DNA of 64,000 nucleotides. Source: Octopus vulgaris (taxonomy: Eukaryota). Numbering within the stretch: the first letter of the stretch is position 1; each line of letters starts with the position of its first letter. The notes under the pieces were generated by a model. That model was not told where the DNA came from. It did not search any database and was given only the letters and a program-made list of their open reading frames with translations. Below are positions 39,052-53,275 of the stretch, in pieces. The position numbers were made by a program, and so were the translations under genes. The DNA lies in NCBI GenBank assembly GCA_951406725.2, contig OX597818.1, forward strand, positions 40,052,001-40,116,000. Direction: 5' to 3'.

Positions 39052-39489
39052 AAGAAAGTGGAGATTGTGAAGTAAATTGTGAGTTTATTATCAACAATAA
39101 CAAATCAAACACTATTCCTTACAGCTGTTTCAGTTATACTCAGTGAATTAATTGAATATTAAGTTCATATTTCTGAGGATAATATTTTCAGAGGGAAAAA
39201 AAATATACCCTTAGATGTTTTATATGTTTGTCTATGGATTCATTATAGCAGACTGCTATAATGAATTCATTATGGATTCATTGTAGCAGCCTACTATAAT
39301 GAATCCATAAACAAACTTATAAAACATTTAAAGGTATATATTTTTGTTCCCTCTGAAGATGTTATGCTCTGAAATATGAACTTAATAATTCTATTAGTTC
39401 ACTGAGTATAACTGAAACAGCTGTAAGGGATAATGTTCGATTTGTTGTCAATAACAAACTTGTATTAACTTCACAATCTCCATTTTCTT
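39052..39489. repeat. ~440-bp inverted repeat of a Penelope-like unit
   Basis: Arms ggagattgtgaagt...cttacagctgtttcagttatactcagtgaa and ttcactgagtataactgaaacagctgtaag...acttcacaatctcc. The centre holds two tandem small palindromes (39233-39309). Confidence 0.9.
39348..39430 (+). ncRNA. Type-I hammerhead ribozyme fold
   Basis: Stem I UCCCU/AGGGA, core CUGAAGA, stem II GUUAUGCUC/GAGUAUAAC with inner UGAACU/AGUUCA, GAA, palindromic stem III ACAGCUGU, cleavage triplet GUA (after 39425). Confidence 0.7.
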
Positions 39490-39639
39490 CTTCCTTTATA
39501 TGAATATAAACTATAGATTTTTATATACATATCTATTATTTTAATACTTAATCAATTCCTCAATATTAAGTATTGAATCAGTATTTCCTTGGATGACTCC
39601 ATTCCCTTCATGAGGGTAATATAACCTGTAATCGAATTT

Positions 39640-39677
<38 letters not shown>

Positions 39678-40915
39678 CATTTACTTGTTTCAGTCATTAG
39701 ACGATGGCAATGTTGAGGGCACCATCTTGAAGAATTTTAGTCACAGTCAAGTACCCCAGTACTTGTTGTTTTAAGTCTGATACTTATTGTGTTGGTCTCT
39801 CTTACTAAACCACTAAGTTAGAAGGATGTAAACACACCAACATTGGTTGTCATGCATGAATGGGAAAAACAATGATACATGCACATATACATACAGGCAG
39901 ACATGCATGCATACATACACACATACATACATACTTTCAAACAAACGAATCCCAAAAAAGGGAACAACAGTGCAACAGACGGCAATAAAACATCCAGACG
40001 GATAGAACATCCAAACATGGACAGGGAAAAGCTGTAAGGATAATCTGGAAACTTTTTCCTGTCCGTCTTTGTATTTTGTTCCATTTTTTGGATTTATATA
40101 TATCCACAGAGCAGTATATGCACACCTTTGCTCACCTTATATATATATATATATATATATATTTATGTAAATATATATATATATATATCTATGTAAATAT
40201 AAATGAGCTTTGTTTAGTTTCTGTCTTCCAAATCCACTTACAAGGCTTTCATTAGCCCAAGGCTATAGTAGAAGCCATTCACCCAAAGTGCTGTGCAGTA
40301 GGACTGAACCTGAAACCATGTGGTTGGGAAGCAAACTTCTTACCACTCAGCCACCCACTTCACACTTCATATTTCTAACCTAGAATTTATTTTCTATGTT
40401 TATATATTCATTAATCCAAGACTTTATATATTTAGTAATAGACCATATGTCATTTAAGAAACTGGGTTATTTGGTTGCGTTTCACTACATAGCACCTGTT
40501 TGCATCATGTTTATAAACCAGCTCAGTAGTTTTTCTTCTAAACCCATATTTTATATTCTCTTCCTAAAACTACTTTCCATTACTTCAAGAATCTGTCTTT
40601 TTTTTTTCTTGTACATATTATCATTTATGTATTTTTTTTTGTGCTCATAACAATTATGATTTTAAAATTACTTGTGGTTAATTTTCCGGACTCTCACCAA
40701 GGCAGCTGAGGTTCGATTCCTTGCTTTGGAGATGTTTCGTTTTTATAGGTGCAGGCATGGCTGTGAGGTTAAGAAGCTTGTTTTGCAATGATGTAGTTTC
40801 AGGTTCAGTCTTCGTGTTGCACCTTGAGAAAGTGTCTTCTATTATGGCTCTGGGCTGACCAATTCTTTGTGAGTGAATTTCGTTGATAGAAACTCTCTGG
40901 AAGACCAGAGAGTAA

Positions 40916-41330
40916 GGCGGCGAGCTGGCAGAAGCATTAGCATGTCGGACGAAATGCTTAGTGGTATTTCGTCTGCCGTTACATTCTGAGTTCAAATTCC
41001 GCTGACGTCGACTTTGCCTTTCATCCTTTCAGGATCGATAAATTAAGTACCAGTTACTCACTGGAGTCAATGTAATCGACTTAATCCATTTGTCTGCCCT
41101 TGTTTGTCCCCTCTGTGTTTAGCCCCTTGTGGGTAGTAAAGAAATAGGTATTTCGTCTGCTGTTATGATCTGAGTTCAAATTCCACTGAGGTCGACTTTG
41201 CCTTTCATCCTTTTGGGGTTGATAAATTAAGTAACAGTTACGCACTGGGGTCAATGTAACCGACTTAATCCCTTTTTCTGTCCTTGTTTGTCCCCTCTAT
41301 GTTTAGCCCCTTGTGGGCAATAAAGAAATA
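40916..41330 (+). mobile_element. SINE family B dimer inserted into a family A copy
   Basis: 20-bp TSD agaaactctctggaagacca at 40888-40907 and 41331-41350. Confidence 0.9.
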
Positions 41331-42171
41331 AGAAACTCTCTGGAAGACCATCATGTGCATACATGCATGCAAGCACACACACACCAGGCACATGGTCCCA
41401 GAATTTTTCGAAGAGAGGGCACAAGGTCAGAAGGGAATACAATTCCAGAAGAAAAGGGCGTAATGACATTATTTAGAAGGGCGCACTTTTCTTGAGAGAA
41501 GCATGTGCCCTTCAGGCACCCTCTTGGGATTATCTCTGCACACACACACACACAAGCAGTATTTTTCATTCCAACAGTTGAGTATTTTTCATTCCAACAT
41601 GTAGCCTATCGAGGGATCTTCCCTAGCCTTTCTGTAGAATGGGTATAGATAGGTCTTGGATCAGTTCAAATTCCACTGAGATTTTCCTGAATAGTTCTGT
41701 GATCTGCGATAGCTGACCCCGGGTTATTTCGTTTTCATGATGTATGTATAGTAATTTTTCCATTTGGTATGTATTGCACTGTTCGAATACTGCTATGATC
41801 ACTCAAAGAAAATAACCATAGCCATAGGTGTGGCTGTGTAATAAGAAGCTTGCTTCCCAACCTCATGGTTCTGGGTTGTTCCACTGCATAGCACCTTGAG
41901 CGAGCGTCTTCTACTATAGCTTTGGGCCGACCAAAGCCTTGTGAGTGGATTTGGTAGATGGAAACTGAAAGAAGCCATGTATATATATATATATATATAA
42001 AAGAATTTTTTATCTTATTTTGCAAAAAATCCTTATATACACATGCTGACATAGAACCAACATTGAACCCTTTATTCGCAAAATTACCGAATCTGGAACT
42101 TAACTATGGTCTGTCTATAACACTTATTCAGCATTACTTGACACCTTTGGGTCTCAATGACACCATTGTCT

Positions 42172-42222
<51 letters not shown>

Positions 42223-42427
42223 GTATGTGTGTCTGTTTATCTCCCTGCTTCACGCTTGACAACAAGTGTTTGTGTGTTTATATCCCTGTAACTTAGCAGT
42301 TTGGCAAAAGTGATCGATAGTACTTTAGAAAAAAGTACTGGGATTGATACATTTGACTAAAAATTCTTCAAGGCAATGCCCCAGCATGGCTGCAGTCTAA
42401 TAACTGAAACAAATAAAAGATAAAAGA

Positions 42428-42652
42428 TTTCTTATTTCTTTATTGCCCACAAGGGGCTAAACATAGAGGGAACAAACAAGGACAGACAAATGGATTAAGT
42501 TGATTACATCGACTCCAGTGCGTAACTGGTACTTAATTTATCGATCCCGAAAGGATGAAAGGCAAAGTTGGCCTCGGCAGAATTTGAACTCAGATGAGAT
42601 ACCACTAAGCATTTCGCCCAGTGTGCTAATGTTTCTGCCAGCTCACCGCCTT
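42428..42652 (-). mobile_element. SINE family B
   Basis: Reverse copy flanked by aaaagataaaagatttc. Confidence 0.85.
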
Positions 42653-43500
42653 AAAAGATAAAAGATTTCTTTCACCAGGTTCACGTTAATGACAAAAATT
42701 ATAGTTGGATAGTATTCATTATCGAGGGTAATGAATAGTCCTCTATACCAATGTATCTGTTAAATGCCATGTTTATGTATGTATTAAACATTTGTATATA
42801 TGTATATAGGTACGTGTGTCCCCTTTGTTTGTTCTCCCACTATTGTTTAACAACCGGGCTTGGGTGTTTACATCCCTGTAACCTTGTGGTTCTGCCAAAG
42901 AGACTGTTAGAATAAGTACCAACCTTATAAAAGTAAGTACTCAGGCTGATTCGTTTGACTAAAACCCTTCAAGGCAAGTGTCCCATCATGATTGCAATCG
43001 AATGATTGACAAGAGTAAAGGATATGATAAATGATGTCATTTTATCAATCTTCCATCAATCAACAAACATTATGCTCAACTTTCCTTCTATTTGGTATAA
43101 TCCTTGCCTCATTCATATCCTCATTCCTCAGTTTTCTTGCTTGACTCAGTATTTTTAACTGACAATAAATGACCATGTCCCTATTTCAGTTCTATTTTTA
43201 GATTTGTATACTCTTCTTTATAACCTATTACTCAATTTATTTGACATTCTGTATTTCATTCTCCAGTTGTAGTGTCGAATCAACTGCAACTATTTGCTTC
43301 TATAATTAGTTTTTGTACTTCCTTGTAGCTTTTAGTAAATTGTAGTATTGTTTTTAATTATGGTACCTTCTTCTCTAACTGTAACTCACTCAGACCATTT
43401 GAAGGCTCTTCAGACTTTTTAATTGGGTTTGATTATGAATATAGACCCTTTATTTACTGACTGCTAAGTCATCTTAATTTTTGCTATAAATTAAATCAAC

Positions 43501-43622
43501 ATTTTGTTGTGTCTGGTGAGAGTCATTTTCTTTTTGTGCCTTATAATTTAACACATTCACCGGTGAGTGTGTTAAATTATAAGTCACAAAAAGAAAATGA
43601 CTCTCCCCAGACACAACAGAAT
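43501..43622. repeat. ~61-bp-arm palindrome derived from a dispersed repeat
   Basis: Centred on accggt (43559-43564). The right arm and its continuation match the unfolded copy at ~26445-26565. Confidence 0.9.
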
Positions 43623-43982
43623 ATGCTTCAACACACGAACTCACATAAAAAATCTTGCAAACCAAATCCAAAAATGAAATTAAATCAACACATTTCCTAT
43701 TTGGGATTTCTTGAAGTTGTGATTAAATTAAGTATCTATTTAATTTAGTTGTGCCACTATTTCAATTCTTTTTAAAAATTCTTTTATACAACTGAGGCTT
43801 TTTATTTATTAACCTTATGTTGTGCAGGTGTGGCTTTGAGGTTAAGAGGCTTGCTTTTCAATCACATGGTTGTGGGTTCAGTCTCCCTGTGCAGCTCCTT
43901 GGGGAAGTGTCTTTGATTCTAGCCCCAGGCCAACCAAAGTCTTGTGAGTGGATTTGGTAGATGGAAACTGAAAGAAGCCTGT

Positions 43983-44016
<34 letters not shown>

Positions 44017-44019
<3 letters not shown>

Positions 44020-44229
44020 GAGTGTGTTGAAAATTTCCTGGCTTTAAAGGTACTGCGAAAGACTGGCTGGGGGCCCAACATTTTGAGTTCTTTTATAGAG
44101 CTTAGAAAAACTGAAGGGCCACTGTAATAAGTGTGTGGATCTGACAGAATGTGTTAAACAACATCATAATTAACTGTTCTTCCTGTATTTTTTTTTACCA
44201 AAAGCCAAGAACTTTTCAATACTCCCTCA
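44017..44229. mobile_element. Mariner-type MITE
   Basis: TIR-like gtgttgaaaatttcctggcttt / aaagccaagaacttttcaatactccctc. Second copy at ~44928-45131. Confidence 0.7.
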
Positions 44230-47200
44230 TATATATATATATATATATACATAAGATGTGCATGTTTGTGTGAATGTACTCATGAAAAGATATCAAGTTG
44301 GTTATAAATGAGCATCATCATCATACAAGCAAGTTTGTTCATTTCCAGTTTTCCTTGGAAAACATGTGAGGCCATGGGTAAATACTACCTTGCTAAGAAA
44401 CAAATGAAGGTTGGTAACAGGAAAGGCATCTGGCTGTTGAATATCCACTTTAACAAAACTCATCTAACCCATACGAGCATAGATAAGTGTACATTAAATG
44501 ATAATTATGATGATTTTCAATTAAATTAATCCTTAAATGTCCATCCTCTTAAATCTATTTTAAATTATTATCCTTTATTAAAAAAAAAAAATTAAATTCT
44601 TAGTTCACTTCTTTTCATTTGTGAAACAATAGCAGTTGATTAATTTTATTTTAGTGTTTTACTCTCTCACAATATAATTTTCATGTATTTTTTCTTTCTT
44701 CTCTGTTGTCTATTCACATGATATCTATGCTTCCTTGCATTGACATGTAAGTATACATTTGTAGGGACCTGTTGTTATAATTGATTGAATTATTCCAAAA
44801 GAGCTTCAGTTTTACAATATCTAATTTATTGTTAGTTTAGTTATTGAAGCGATAACTCTAAATATGAGTTCCAGTGTGAAGTAGTAATGTGGAAGACAAA
44901 TTTGGGACAGAATCTGCACTAAAAGTAAAGCTCTTGGCTTTAAAGGTATTGCAAAAGCCCTGGCTGGAGGCTCAACCTTCTTGAGTTCTTTTATAGAGCT
45001 TATTAGAACTGAAGGTCCACTACAGTAAGTGTGTGAATCTGAGAGGAGAATATGTTAAACATCATCATAATTAACTGTTCTTCCTGTATGTTTTTTTTAC
45101 CCAAAGCCAGGAACATTTCAGCACCCCCTCATGAAATATAGGTTCTTAGATGAAATAAGCAGTGGGTTAGTTTTTGCTGGGCAATGATAAGGATGGTTAG
45201 GATATATATGTTTGTGAAATCATAGACTGCTATGATGTTATCACATGCCCGTGTATGCTATGAATACTTTAGTGTGTCAGAATGAACTTCACAATTTCAT
45301 GTTTCTGACAACTTATTCAGACACAAGTTGAAGGATGACAGAAAATGGACAGATGACATAGGCTGTGTATTATTGTTTGCAGAAACAAATAGAAACCACT
45401 CACGCATGTACATATACAGTAATATATTAAGTTAGCTGGGCTAATTTGTTCTTTTGAAGCACCATGTTAATTGAACATAATATATTTGAAATGCACTAAT
45501 TGGTTCAAGAGCTTTCAAAATACTTGGTTCAATATTTTTCTAAATGCATTTTTGTTCTATTTAAGAACATGATAATAGAGAATAATAAAAACGTGCTCAC
45601 TATTCAATAACAGTTTATTAGAAATGAAACACTGCTTTTACTATGTGGAGGTGCAATGGCTCAGTGGTTAGGACAGCGGACTTGCGGTCGGAGAATCACG
45701 GTTTCGATTCCCAGACCGGGCGTTGTGTGTGTTTATTGAGCAAAAACACCTAAAAGCTCCACGAGGCTCCGGCAGGGGGTGGTGGTGACCCCTGTTGTAT
45801 TCTTTCGCCCCAACTTTCTCTCACTCTTTCTTCTTGTTTCTTGAGTAACGCTGCGATGGACTGGCGTCCCGTCCAGCTGAGGGATACACATATGTCACAG
45901 AAACCAGGAAACTGGGCCCATGAGCCTAGCTAGGCTTGAAAAGGGCCAAAAAAAAAAAAATGCTTTTACTATAGTGTACAGCAATGTTTAAATGTATTTT
46001 GAATCAACTGTGAAATGAATTTTTCTCTTTCATTTTCATGTTGTGTTGTTTATATACTTATATATGTAAGGTTACTATCCTCAATTAGCTTAGTAATTAC
46101 ACTGAACAGCAACCAAATAAGCCATATTAAGTGAGATGGGTTTGAGGAAGAGTAAATTTCTACATTTCATTTCAGTTCTTTGAAGCTTAGAGAGATCTGT
46201 ATCCCTATGCTTTTGTTCCTACACCACTGCCTTTGTCCACTGCAGGCTCAGTATGAGCCCAGCCTTGCATATAAAATGGTATTTCTCATCCTCTTATGCT
46301 TAGATTGCCACATTCTTCAGTGTGTCAAATAAAGGCTTGGTACTATTGAAGTTGTGCTCTTCATAACACTATCTCTGTTGACATCTGATTCTACAAAGAA
46401 ATGAGACCAAGTAGCTGAGCTGTTGTTCTCAAGTAATCTCATTCAGCTCAACTTGGGTAGTCACATGGAGACACTAAATGAAAGCTTATGATTATTGTAT
46501 AATACTCACTCATTGGTATTTCGTACTTAAAACTTGTTAATTTCCTTTTAAACATGGGAAAGAAATTATTGAAAGAGATTTATTTGGCTATTACATTGAA
46601 CTGGCTTCTATTTTATTAAGTTATTTTTCATAGTCTGGTACTAACATCTATCATTTTTTTTTAATATGACTAATGCATAGAGTGTAGTGATAAGTTCACC
46701 AAGTGGATAAAATATTAGACTACCTCCTTGAGGATGATGTGTTCAAATCTACTCCATCTACATTGGTATATTTCAACATTTTATCAGCTCATGTTGCTGT
46801 TTGAGTACAGGTATCAAATCACAAACCAAGTTGTCTGGGTTTCCTGTTTGCTACAAACTGGGATTGTAGCATACTATCATCTATTTCATATTATGAAGCA
46901 AAGCTGTACACTAGAGTTAAATAGTTGTCGTTCTTGGGTTCTCTATCTAAGAAGCATTACTGTAAAGTAGTAGTTCTTACCTCCTTGGGGGAGTTGTGAG
47001 CTTACATGAGGGTGACAAATATCATGGGCACTAGATTGTGTACTGAGTGTTTAGCAGTCATGATTTTTCTTATTAAAGAAAATATTCAAACTGAAGCCAA
47101 TTACAGTATTTATATTTTAGATATACTTCGAAAAATGTTTTTGTTACAATTGGAATTTGAATATGGAATTGTTTTATGAGTGAGCAGAAACATGACTGAT

Positions 47201-47395
47201 AATATGTGTGTGTCAAGGAGACGCAGTATAATTTTATTATACAAATCCTTGCTTCCTTAGCATTTCCTGTCAAATTTTAACATCATGGGCACCAGTCAAT
47301 GGAAATATATAAAAAAAAATAAGCACATGCTTGATGGAAAATATGAATACTAAATCAATGTGAAAAATCCACTCTCTCCCTTAAAAAAAAAGTTT

Positions 47396-47782
47396 GGGTG
47401 CAGGAGTGGCTGTGTGGTAAGTAGCTTGCTTATCAACCACATGGTTCCAGATTCAGTCCCACTGTGTGAGCCTCAGGCCGACCAAAGCCTTGTGAGTGGA
47501 TTTGGTAGAAGGAATCCCATGTGTATGTATGTATGTATATATATATGTACATATATATATGATGTATGTGTGTGTATATGTTTGTGTGTCTTTGTTTGTC
47601 CCTCAACATTGCTTGACAACTGATGGTAGTGTGTTTATGTCCCCGTAACTTAGCGGTTCGGCAAAAGAGACCAATAAAATAAGTACTAGGCTTCCAAAGA
47701 ATAAGTCCAGGAGTCGATTTGCTCGACTAAAGGCGGTGCTCCAGCATGGCTGCAATCAAATGACTGAAACAAGTAAAAGAGT
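47396..47782 (+). mobile_element. SINE family A
   Basis: Matches family A. An inverted partner lies at 48265-48645. Confidence 0.85.
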
Positions 47783-48264
47783 AAGGACTGTTTTTGCTGA
47801 AAATGGGTCCTGACCTACAAAAGGTTAAGAACCATTCATGTAAAGAATAGGGGTGATATCTATGAACTACAATGATAGAATGCTTATATTTGGTGGAAGT
47901 GGTGAGCAAAAAAGCTTGTTTAACCATTTAGCATTCACATTATTCTGTCAAACATAATACTTATTTATTCACATTGTTTTGAATTAATCATGAATTATCT
48001 TGTAGCTTTGAGATTTTGATAAGATGACTGATATTGTAGAGTTGGTACGATAGGTCAGATTTGACCAGTTTGAGCATAAAACTGGTGGAATATTTTGACC
48101 AGATATGGTCAGTTTAAATGCTAAAGGTTATTTTACTATTCATTTCATAACTGCCAAGTAGTATTTTCAGATTAGAGTAGTTCAACCTAACCTTTCAGTA
48201 AAGTGACAGGTTTTAAACCTTTGGACTGCTCTATTTTAGTTTGGCTTTCTTCCATTTCCACTTT

Positions 48265-48645
48265 ATTCTTTTGTTTCAGTCATTTGACTGTGGCCATGCT
48301 GGAGCACTGCCTTTAGTCGAGCAAATCGACCCCCAGGACTTATTCTTTGAAAGCCTAGTATGTATTCTATCGGTCTCTTTTGTCAAACCACTAAGTTACG
48401 GGGATGTAAACACACCAGCATTGGCTGTCAAGTGATGTTGGGGGGTGGGGACAAACATACACACACACACACATATATATATATACGACGGGCTTTCAGT
48501 TTCCATCTACCAAAACCACTCACAAGGCTTTGGTCAGCCCAAGGCTATAGTAGAAGACGCTTGCCCAAGGTGCCATGCAATGGGACTGAACCCGGAACCG
48601 TGTGGTTTGTAAGCAAGCTACTTACCTCACAGCCATTCCTGCGCC
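48265..48645 (-). mobile_element. SINE family A
   Basis: Reverse full-length copy. Confidence 0.85.
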
Positions 48646-49518
48646 CTTTAATATTTGTGACTATTTTTTCCCTTTTTCTTTCTCTCCAGCACCAATTTTG
48701 TATTGTCCTTCCTTTTAATCAGTTCCTGTGTATAATTCATATGTTGTTTTTTTTTTTTTAATGTGTTTTTGAGTTTTTTGTTTTTACTTTTTTCCTCTTT
48801 TTATTAGAGTTCTCTTTCCCTTAATCTCACCAAAATTTGTCTTAGTGATTTAGAACTTCTAAGAAATGAAGAAATGCTTTGTCACTTCATTCTAAAAGAT
48901 GGTTAGTAACTGAAGGAAAATAGAAAAAAAAACTGCCACAACAAAAAAACAAAAAATGGAGTTCATAGCTAGAATGAGAAATAAGTAAGAAAGGATATAG
49001 TGTGTTGTGTCAGAAATTGTTTGGTTCTGTCATAGTGTCAGAGATGAGTGCAAAAAAGGCAACACAAATGATATAAATAATAATTTGCTTTTCTGGGTTG
49101 AAATTTTGTAGAAAAATGAAACCCACTTGTTTGGGTGAAACAAGGAAGCTTTATTTAAAAGAGACTGGCTGACAAGCACACCAAAATTAGTCAGAGGCGA
49201 GATATTGGGATGAAATAATGAAACCAGTTTAATTGGAAGGAAAAGAAAAGCTTATTCAAAAATAAACTTGTCTATTTCCTATTAATATTTTGTTCACAAC
49301 AAATTCTAGTTTTCCTTTTTTTTTTTATTTTAAGAATTTAGTTTTGCAAGAAGTATGTCATGGGAAAACTTTGTAAAAACAGATTAAGCATGGATTTTCA
49401 GGATCAGTTATTATTATTATTAATTTCATATTTAATTTTTCAGTCTACATTAGGTTCCAATGTGTATATGTGTTTGTCTACACGCATACACAAATATGTA
49501 TGTGTATATGTATATATC

Positions 49519-49581
<63 letters not shown>

Positions 49582-49757
49582 TATTTTCCAGCATGCTTTT
49601 TTTTACCCCAAAATTCCACCCGGAAACCACCCTGTGTCTTATATCCTGAATGTCAGGCTTTGGGTACACTTGAGTAGACTGACAAGTGTTAATTTTAGAG
49701 CAGTGGTAGGCCTATTGATATCTATTTTGAAGATGATATGCAATTGAATGTAATGAA

Positions 49758-49827
<70 letters not shown>

Positions 49828-49991
49828 GGTATAAGCAATTAAGATTCAAGTGAGTTCTATTGAATTCACATGAATATGGTACTTAACTTGGATGCACCAG
49901 AAATCTATATGGTGTTAACCATACAACAAAGTGGGGGTGATTACAAATAGGAAAAAACCAACAAGAATGGATCAATATATCGGTACAATTG

Positions 49992-50119
49992 TTTCCTATT
50001 TATATATTTATATATATATATATATATACATAAGCAATTTATACATTTCCTATTTATATATATATATATATTATATATATATATATATATATACATAAGC
50101 AATTTATACATTTCCTATT

Positions 50120-50150
<31 letters not shown>

Positions 50151-50178
50151 ATATATACATAGGCAATTTATACATTTC

Positions 50179-50215
<37 letters not shown>
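49992..50215. repeat. AT-rich tandem repeat (~55-65 bp unit, about 4 copies)
   Basis: Unit tttcctattt(at)n...acataagcaatttataca. Confidence 0.85.
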
Positions 50216-50219
<4 letters not shown>

Positions 50220-50426
50220 CATACATAGACAAGAAAGAGAGGACAAATTTCAGAAGTCAGTGTTCTTAATCACTCAATATATTTTACAGCATTGGAATAC
50301 TTCACGGTATATATAGGTGCATTCATATATATTTAGGGAGAATTCACAAAGAAACAAGACGAAGGCAGGTGGTGTAGACAACAAACAGATGTATTAGTTT
50401 AATGCTTGGGAAGTGAAAAGGTCTTT

Positions 50427-50478
<52 letters not shown>

Positions 50479-50711
50479 AAAGTATATAAACACATGTAAA
50501 TCATAAATGTACTTGCATGAGATCTTATGAGGATGTATACATACACATGTGTGTAGGTGTGGCTGTGTGGTTAGAAGCTTGCTTCCCAGCCACATGGTTC
50601 TGTGTTCAGTCCCATTGTGAGTTTCACCTTGGGCATGTTCTTCTATAACCTCAGGCCAACCAAAGCCTTGTGAGTGGATTTGGTAGACAGAAACTGAAAA
50701 GGAATCCCATT

Positions 50712-50798
<87 letters not shown>

Positions 50799-50954
50799 TC
50801 ATCATCATCATTTAATGTCCGCTTTCCATGCTAGCATGGGTTGGACGGTTCAACTGGGGTCTGGGAAGCCCGAAGGCTGCACCAGGCCAGTCAGATCTGG
50901 CAGTGTTTCTACAGCTGGATGCCTTTCCTAACGCCAACCACTCCGTGAGTGTAG

Positions 50955-50986
<32 letters not shown>

Positions 50987-51296
50987 CACATACATACATA
51001 CATACATACTATATATATGTGTATGTGTGTGTGTGGAACTACTTGACAACAGGTGTTGGTGCGTTTATGTCCCCAGAAAAAGACCAATAGAATAAGTACC
51101 AGGCTTAACAAATAATAACTACTGCAGTTGATTCATTCTACAAATATTTCTTCAAGGCAGTGCTGCTGATGATGAAAACTTATATATCTGTCTGTTTGTT
51201 TGTCTGTCAGTATGTGTGTGTGTGTGTGCGTGTGAGCACCACCAGCAAAAATATTTTTTCCTCTGTCTTCCCTTTTTGGGATCTTTCCTTCTCCTT

Positions 51297-51331
51297 GTTT
51301 CCGACGAAGAGCTCCGCTCGAAACGTTAAAC
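51297..51331 (+). ncRNA. Minimal hammerhead motif (U4C core variant)
   Basis: GUUU-CCGACGA-A-GAGC-UCC-GCUC-GAA-ACGU-U-AAAC: 4-bp stem I, palindromic ACGU stem III with no loop. Confidence 0.55.
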
Positions 51332-51413
51332 CCTCCTTCCCTTCTTTCCTGAGCGTCAATAATACTTTAATTGTTCCACGTCCTCGCGTTGCTGTGTTTT
51401 CTTGTTTGGATTA

Positions 51414-51445
<32 letters not shown>

Positions 51446-51672
51446 AGAGTGAGGATTGAAATCCTTCAAATAGATGTCAAGCATCCAAGTCTGCCGGTAC
51501 AGTCCAACCAAAGAATATATATATAAAATATATATTCAGTATTTGCAAAAACAATAACTGGAGTATAAGGAAAAGAATTGAATTTATATTGGATCTGTAC
51601 CAACCTGGATTATGAATTAAAGATCGTCTACAAATACAATTTCTTTTCCTTTCCTTATACTTCATTTATATA

Positions 51673-51727
<55 letters not shown>

Positions 51728-53275
51728 CAAATATATAAAAAGACAAAGACAGGTGTAGGAATAGCAAGCAAGTGCATTAGTTTGACTCTGGAGAAAAATG
51801 AAAAAAGTCTTTTATGTTTTGAGCCTTTGCTCTTCGGCAGAAAGGAATAAGAGGAAATAAATAGAGAGAATGAAAAGAAAACTTGTTGAGTTCCAGTGAT
51901 CCAATAGTTATCACATGCATGTGAGGAAGTGTGTGGCTTAGTGGTTAGGATGTTGGACTCATGATTGTAAGACTGTGGGTTTGATTATTGGACTGGGCAT
52001 TGTGTTGTGTTCTTTCTTCATTTCACATTGCTCCAGTCCACTCAGTTAGCAATTCTGCTATGGTCTGGTATCCTGTTCGGAAGCTGAGGGAAATTATTCA
52101 CCACAGAATCTGATCTTATGAGCCTATGGCTCAGGAGGACATTTGGTCCTTTCTTTTTTTTTTTCTTAATTCTATCACTTGCAGTGGTATACAGTTTGGG
52201 GACTGGTGTATATCTCCAAGCCAATTTTGGCATTAGTCTTTATTGCTATGTATCTTTCCCTCCTTCCCAATAGTGACTAGTGTCTTTATCTGCTCATAAC
52301 TACTACATAGGCACCTGAAAAGATCAGTGAAAGAATGGTCTGTGCTACAAGGTAGAACAACCTTGTTACTGACACAGTTCATTGTAAAGGTTGCAGTCTT
52401 GCAAGCTGCATGGTGACCTCACTAGTGCTGGTGCCATGGTAACAAAAGAAAAAGAAGCATTCAGTTTATGCTATTTACTGGATCCAGTCAGAAAACTTGC
52501 CAAAGTAGACAGCAGAGCATAATGGAGCCACTTGGTGTTGTGATTGTATTTTTGTTTTGTCACTACCTAAGAATAGGCAGAATAACTGAATTGATTGATG
52601 ATAATGAGTTTGGCCTTTTCATTTACATCCCCTTTTCTAATGACTGAGTGCTGGAACTGGCACATTGTTGCACTATCACTGGTACCAGCAATTCTTGCAT
52701 CTCTAATTCAATCTTTTGTTTTCTTTCACTCTGGTGAACTAAGTCTGAGATATATGAATGTAATACCCATTGATTGTAGTTTACACAATAATTTATTATT
52801 ATTTGTTGTCAGTGTATATTAGCATTGGAATTATTATTAGAAGTTTAGTATTGCAAGTGATAATTGAAGAAAGGTCAAATTAGAACTTCCTTTGTTGCTT
52901 AACCTTCTTTTTTTATCCTACGCAATAATACAACATTAAGACTGTTTTGGTGCGAACAAGATTAGTGGAGAATAAAACACATTGAGAGGGAGCAGATGGT
53001 CAAATTGATAGGGCAACAGGCAATCAACTAAAAGGTTAGCATTTCTTATCCTGACATCTGTTCTCTGCTTTGTATCAATGGGCAAGACATTGTGGTAGCT
53101 TTTAGAAGTCAACCAAACTGTAACCAGACGACCTTAAAATAGCTTGCTTAGAGATTAAAATAGAACATTTCACTATGGAAGCTGAAGCTGCTTGCATATG
53201 GTCATTTGATCTGCTAGGAATAACAGCCTATTCTCCTTCAAATCACACCCTACTATCTTAAACAGTGAAAGGATA

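Noticed and set aside
44690-44752. Pyrimidine tract followed by a GTAAGT donor (microexon?)
   Set aside because: No AG acceptor after the tract; a phase-1 reading hits a stop.
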